In this document: positions 59,770 to 64,000 of the stretch, one piece after another
Position numbering within the stretch: position 1 is the stretch's first letter
Layout of the letters: the number at the start of each line of letters is the position of its first letter
Source of the DNA: Tricharina praecox
Taxonomy: Eukaryota
Length of the DNA: 64,000 bases
Direction: 5' to 3'
NCBI RefSeq assembly: GCF_024521635.1
Contig: NW_026250412.1
Coordinates: 682,001 to 746,000 of the forward strand
Position numbers and translations under genes: made by a program
The notes under the pieces: generated by a model
What the model was told of the DNA's origin: nothing
Seen by the model: the letters and a program-made list of their open reading frames with translations, nothing else
The model's database searches: none

Positions 59770-62700
59770 CTACTGATTCCTCCTTGTGCTTGCATCGATC
59801 GGCGATGTCGCCAGAAGGGCTTCCTCGGGACCCGGTAAGTCTTCGAACCATGGATGTGCGATCACTTGCTCGATCGTAGGGCGTCTGTCGACATCGCGAT
59901 CCAACATGGTCTTGATAAGATCAAGTGAAACCTCCGACATGACGAACGGAATCCGTGGTTCGCGGTCCATGATCTCGTCGATCTGGTCGACCAGTTAGTA
60001 ATGCATCCGCGTAACTGTGGGATGAATTGGGGGACCAACGTTGTAAAAGGGATTCTCTTTGTAACAGATTGTGTATAGCAACACTCCCAGCGCCCATACA
60101 TCCTGCTCTTTCCCTTTATAAGACTTGCCCTGCAGAACTTCCGGAGCAGCGTAATCTATAACACCTGTCAGAAACCATGCAACATCGAATACACCAGGTT
60201 GAAACTACTCACCAATAGTCCCCACAAACACATCAAAAGGTCCATTCTTGATGTACGCCGAACTGCCGAAATCAATCACCTTGATATTGCCAGCACCGTC
60301 AAGCACCACATTCTCGTCCTTGATGTCTCGGTGGACAACACCAGCTTTGATATGGAGATGGTACAGTGCGCGGGCGACCTGGATAAAGATGCTGCGGCAT
60401 TCGTCCTCGTCCATATTGACCTTCAGTTCTATGTAATCGAACAAATCCATTCCCGGCAATCCGTGCGGCACCATCTCGATATAGTAGTTGACATCGTCCT
60501 CGAAGAAATCAGTCATCTCGACAACATTGGGGTGCTTGAGCCCGTCCCGTCCGAGGTAATCGAGAACGTGGATTTCGAGGGGCACCGTCCCAAGTCGCCG
60601 GTCTCGGGTCCATGTATCGACGAGAATCCGCCGCTTCGTAACGTACTTGAGAACGACCCGCTTCATGTCTTTCCGCTTGTATCTGGCCAGTTTGACCTGG
60701 CCGTACGCTCCCTGGCCCATATCCTCAAGGATGACGAAGTCTTGAATGTTCTTCTTCCGTTTGGCCACAACTGGAGTCGGGGAAGCGGCTTTCCGGTTGG
60801 CACCCTTTGACGACGTGTTAAGTTCATCCTCGGAGCTAGGCGGGGTCGGAGACTGATGGAGTTGCTTCGATAGTTCCTTCCCTGGGGTTTCCGGGCCCGG
60901 AGTAGGTAGGGCGGGAGGAGTATCGGGCTGCCCAGGGCTCGGAGCTTTCGGCGGGGTGATTGGTCGGTTCAGCTCGAGCGAAAGGGGATCATTAGTCGCC
61001 GATGCAACGTGCAGATGCTTCGAATACGTGATCCACAGAGCATAGACCGTCTCCGTCTTGTCTTCTATCTCGTCCTCGTCCTCGGTATCGGAATCGTCCG
61101 CAATAGCGTCCTCATCCCGGTACTCCGAGATCACCACCCTCATTTGCACGTCAACGTGAATATCCGATCCATCGCGATGTCTCGCGATGACTCCGCCCGG
61201 AACCGAGAACGTAGACATCGCGTCGCCGCTCTTGTTTTCCCGAAGGGAAAGGATCGAATTCGCTTTACGGAACGAGTGCTCGGGTACAACCATCCCATCG
61301 ACCAAGCTGATGTGCTCCTCGTTGGTCAAGTAGTCCAGCATCTTCTCAAAGTTGGGGATGAGCTCCGAGATCGATAGACCGATAGGATCTAGATGACCGA
61401 GCAGTGCCGCCGCAAAAACAGCGTTGGCACTGGCGATTTTGAGTGAAGACGCAGAGAGAACCATGATTCCAGCAATGTGGGGGAAGGATGAGATTCGCAG
61501 TCCTCTGTGTCCTGGAATCGGTTCGACACCACAGGGAATCTTAGCTCCGGTGGCACTCGCAACCGTAAACTGATGCACCACCGTTGTCTTCTCGAAATCG
61601 ATGCTGCCGTCGTCCATTCTTGGAAGGGTAGGAAGCAAGTTGCGCAGTAAGGCTCCTGGCGCGGCAAGGTACGCGTCTCCAAAAATGTTGCTCAAGCTGC
61701 CCTCAGACCGAGTAACAATGTCCACGTTATCCTCGTCCCGCTGGGATGTATAAACGAAGGCTAGATCCTCACTAACTTCCTCCAAAACCCAAATCAACCC
61801 TCCCCGCTTTTCTTTGACCCAGAGACTGGCAGCCCCTGTATTACCATTACGCTTCTGAATCGGCACAACATCTCCGCAAAGGATAACCCCTCGATTCTGA
61901 TTAACTTTGACCTTCGGCTCCTGCGCCTTGGCACGGGCAGCCATCGGAAGTCCAGTGTAGAACATGTCCGATTTGGTCCTCTGGGCCCCCTGGTACATGA
62001 CGCCAGTCGAACGCGGTGTCGAACGCGGCGTACCATGTTGACTGTGCGGGTACGGAAACGAAGTCGATGTATTCTCGCCAGAGTTCAGCTTTGCTGACAG
62101 CCATCCTCTCCTCTCCTCTTTCACGACTTCCATGATACCAATCTTCCGGACTTCAGCCATGGTGACTCCAAAGACGAGGCAAGCCAAATCGTTTGCCGCG
62201 AGGATCGTCCACGGACTTTGTGCTTCCGTTGTGAAGATAGCTTGTGCGGGGGGCTGATAGCGGCTCGTGTGTCCGTGTACGGAGGATTTCCGGATCGCCG
62301 CGCGTGGACCGTTGTTAGCCCCAGCAACTTCCGAAGCTAGATACGGTTGAGCCAGAGCTTCGTACAGCCTGGATTCGAGCGCTAGGGTGGTTGTGTCGGT
62401 GTAGGTACGTCTCAGGCTGGGCCGCTCGGAGGGAGGTGGGGTAGTGCGACCAGTATTGTCCGATTCAGTGTTGGATCTGGATGTTTCTGCTGAGTCCGCG
62501 TCGATGGGGGAGTCTGATATATGGGCGACGTCCGAGACTCTAGTGTCAAGCCGTGTTGGAGCTTTAGGTTTCGCGAAACTCTGTTCGAACGGATTGCTGT
62601 CAACTCCAGCGGGTCCAGTGACAGGCCCGGTGAGCATCGGCGTCTTCTCCTCCGAAACCATGTCCGCCCTGCGCAGAAGCTCCATCATGCTCTCAACCTC

Positions 62701-63682
62701 GGCGCCGTTCCCATCCATTTTTGCCTGTGCGGTGGCTATCAGCGGAGACCGTGTACCCCATCCCAGCTTGTCTCTCATGAATTCGATGCTCCGCTTCAGG
62801 ATATTCTGTCTATTGTGGATGAGATCTTCGGACTGGTTCGCAAACGAGAAGGAGTGAAGCGACTCGGACGGAAACCTGGCGAGATCCTCGCAGGAGCCCA
62901 AGGTGGAGGTGGTTCCGGGTAGCGACAACGAGTTGACACGGGTGGAGGCGACCGATGGGGAGCGAGAGGGGATCATGAATCCTTGGGGACCGCTGGCTTG
63001 TTGTCGGATACGACGTAGTCCAGAAGTATAGAGGTGGTCGCCGTCACCCAGTAGAGTGCTCCTAAGTTGACGGGCAGGCAAACGTTAACACGGGTTTGGG
63101 TTGGGCGGGCGAGGCATCAGCCCAGCAGCAACAATAAGCAAGCCGCAACAAGCAAGCAAGCAACAATCCAACCGATGCCACCCAGCAGCGTCAGCCATCC
63201 GGCCAGCCCCCCTCCCCCAAGCAGCAATGCAACCACAGCCAATCCTCAACGCACCACCCACATGCCTCAACATGGTACACAGTGCCGCAAAGGGCATGTA
63301 GGTATGTAGGTATGTTTGCTCAGGTAATCCGGAGGGGGGAAGGTGGGGCTGAGTGGGCGCTGGGCGCTGAGTGCTGGATGCTGGGTGCAGGGAGAGAAGA
63401 GTTTCACGCATGCATGCATGTACATAAGTGTACGTACCGAGAGATCGAATCCATTCCATGCCGAGGCTCTTCCGTCGGTGCATTCGCATCGACCGAGAAG
63501 CGAATCTTCGGGCGGTTGATCTGGGGTGGGCCGTCTGGGGTCGCGATCTTGCGCGCAGTCATTATTGGGGGGGTCGATTTGGGTCTGATGAGGTCGCCGA
63601 TCGAGTCCGACCCACCGCTTCCTACAATTGGTCCAACGCTCCCGTCAGTGACACAGATTCTCCGCGAGGCTGCAGCGTACAT
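59770..63682 (-). CDS. PAS-domain Ser/Thr kinase (Psk1/Psk2/Ppk6-like); first intron 63437-63062 and two short 3' introns; start at 63682 or the MTARK AUG ~63562
   Basis: Motifs [78 protein letters not shown] and YAAPEVL. Confidence 0.92.
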
Positions 63683-64000
63683 GAAGAAGAATCCAAAACG
63701 GCATCCACCCGTCTTGACTTGGCTGTTCCGTCTTCAATCCCCGTAGACACCCAGGCCACAGAAGGCAAGAAGCAAGAAGCACCGGCGAGGCGGCAGCGAC
63801 AGTGGCAGGATATAGCTCCGTGGGGGGAAGGCAGATATTCCTGTGTGGGCTCTCTCTCTCGTTCCCTTTCTTTCTCTTCTCTCTTCTCATCTCCTCTCCT
63901 CTTCCCGTTCATGCTACTGAGGGAGAACAAACCCCGCCGACAACCAGCACACAGCCTCACCGCCGGAACATCACCAAGTCCCCCACCGCCCCACCCACAA

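Overview
Eukaryotic, intron-containing fungal DNA (filamentous ascomycete; a Pezizomycete origin is an inference from gene and transposon style). About 14 recognisable or apparently intact genes: the 3' end of an ankyrin-repeat gene, Stb3-like, glutaredoxin, Aim18/chalcone-isomerase-fold, UBL-BAG co-chaperone, TeaR-like cell-end marker, FHA-forkhead factor, topoisomerase III, ING-like PHD protein, QIP/Gfd2-like DEDDh exonuclease, CAP10/GT90 glycosyltransferase, a large multi-exon unknown gene, TMEM205-like, a metallophosphoesterase and a PAS kinase. There is also a decayed Ty1/copia element (LTR, PBS, gag, protease remnant) that appears to carry a nested LINE fragment, plus many micro- and minisatellites. 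The most interesting signal is a set of cryptic N-terminal extensions. The BAG gene has an AUG-less 88-codon in-frame leader with a hydrophobic segment and a CUG in strong context. Glutaredoxin has an ACC-AUA-G near-cognate start ahead of a presequence-like peptide. Top3 and the QIP-like gene have weak upstream AUGs encoding basic leaders. Together these suggest dual targeting by alternative initiation. Exon boundaries were read by eye; family calls come from motif recognition, not database searches.
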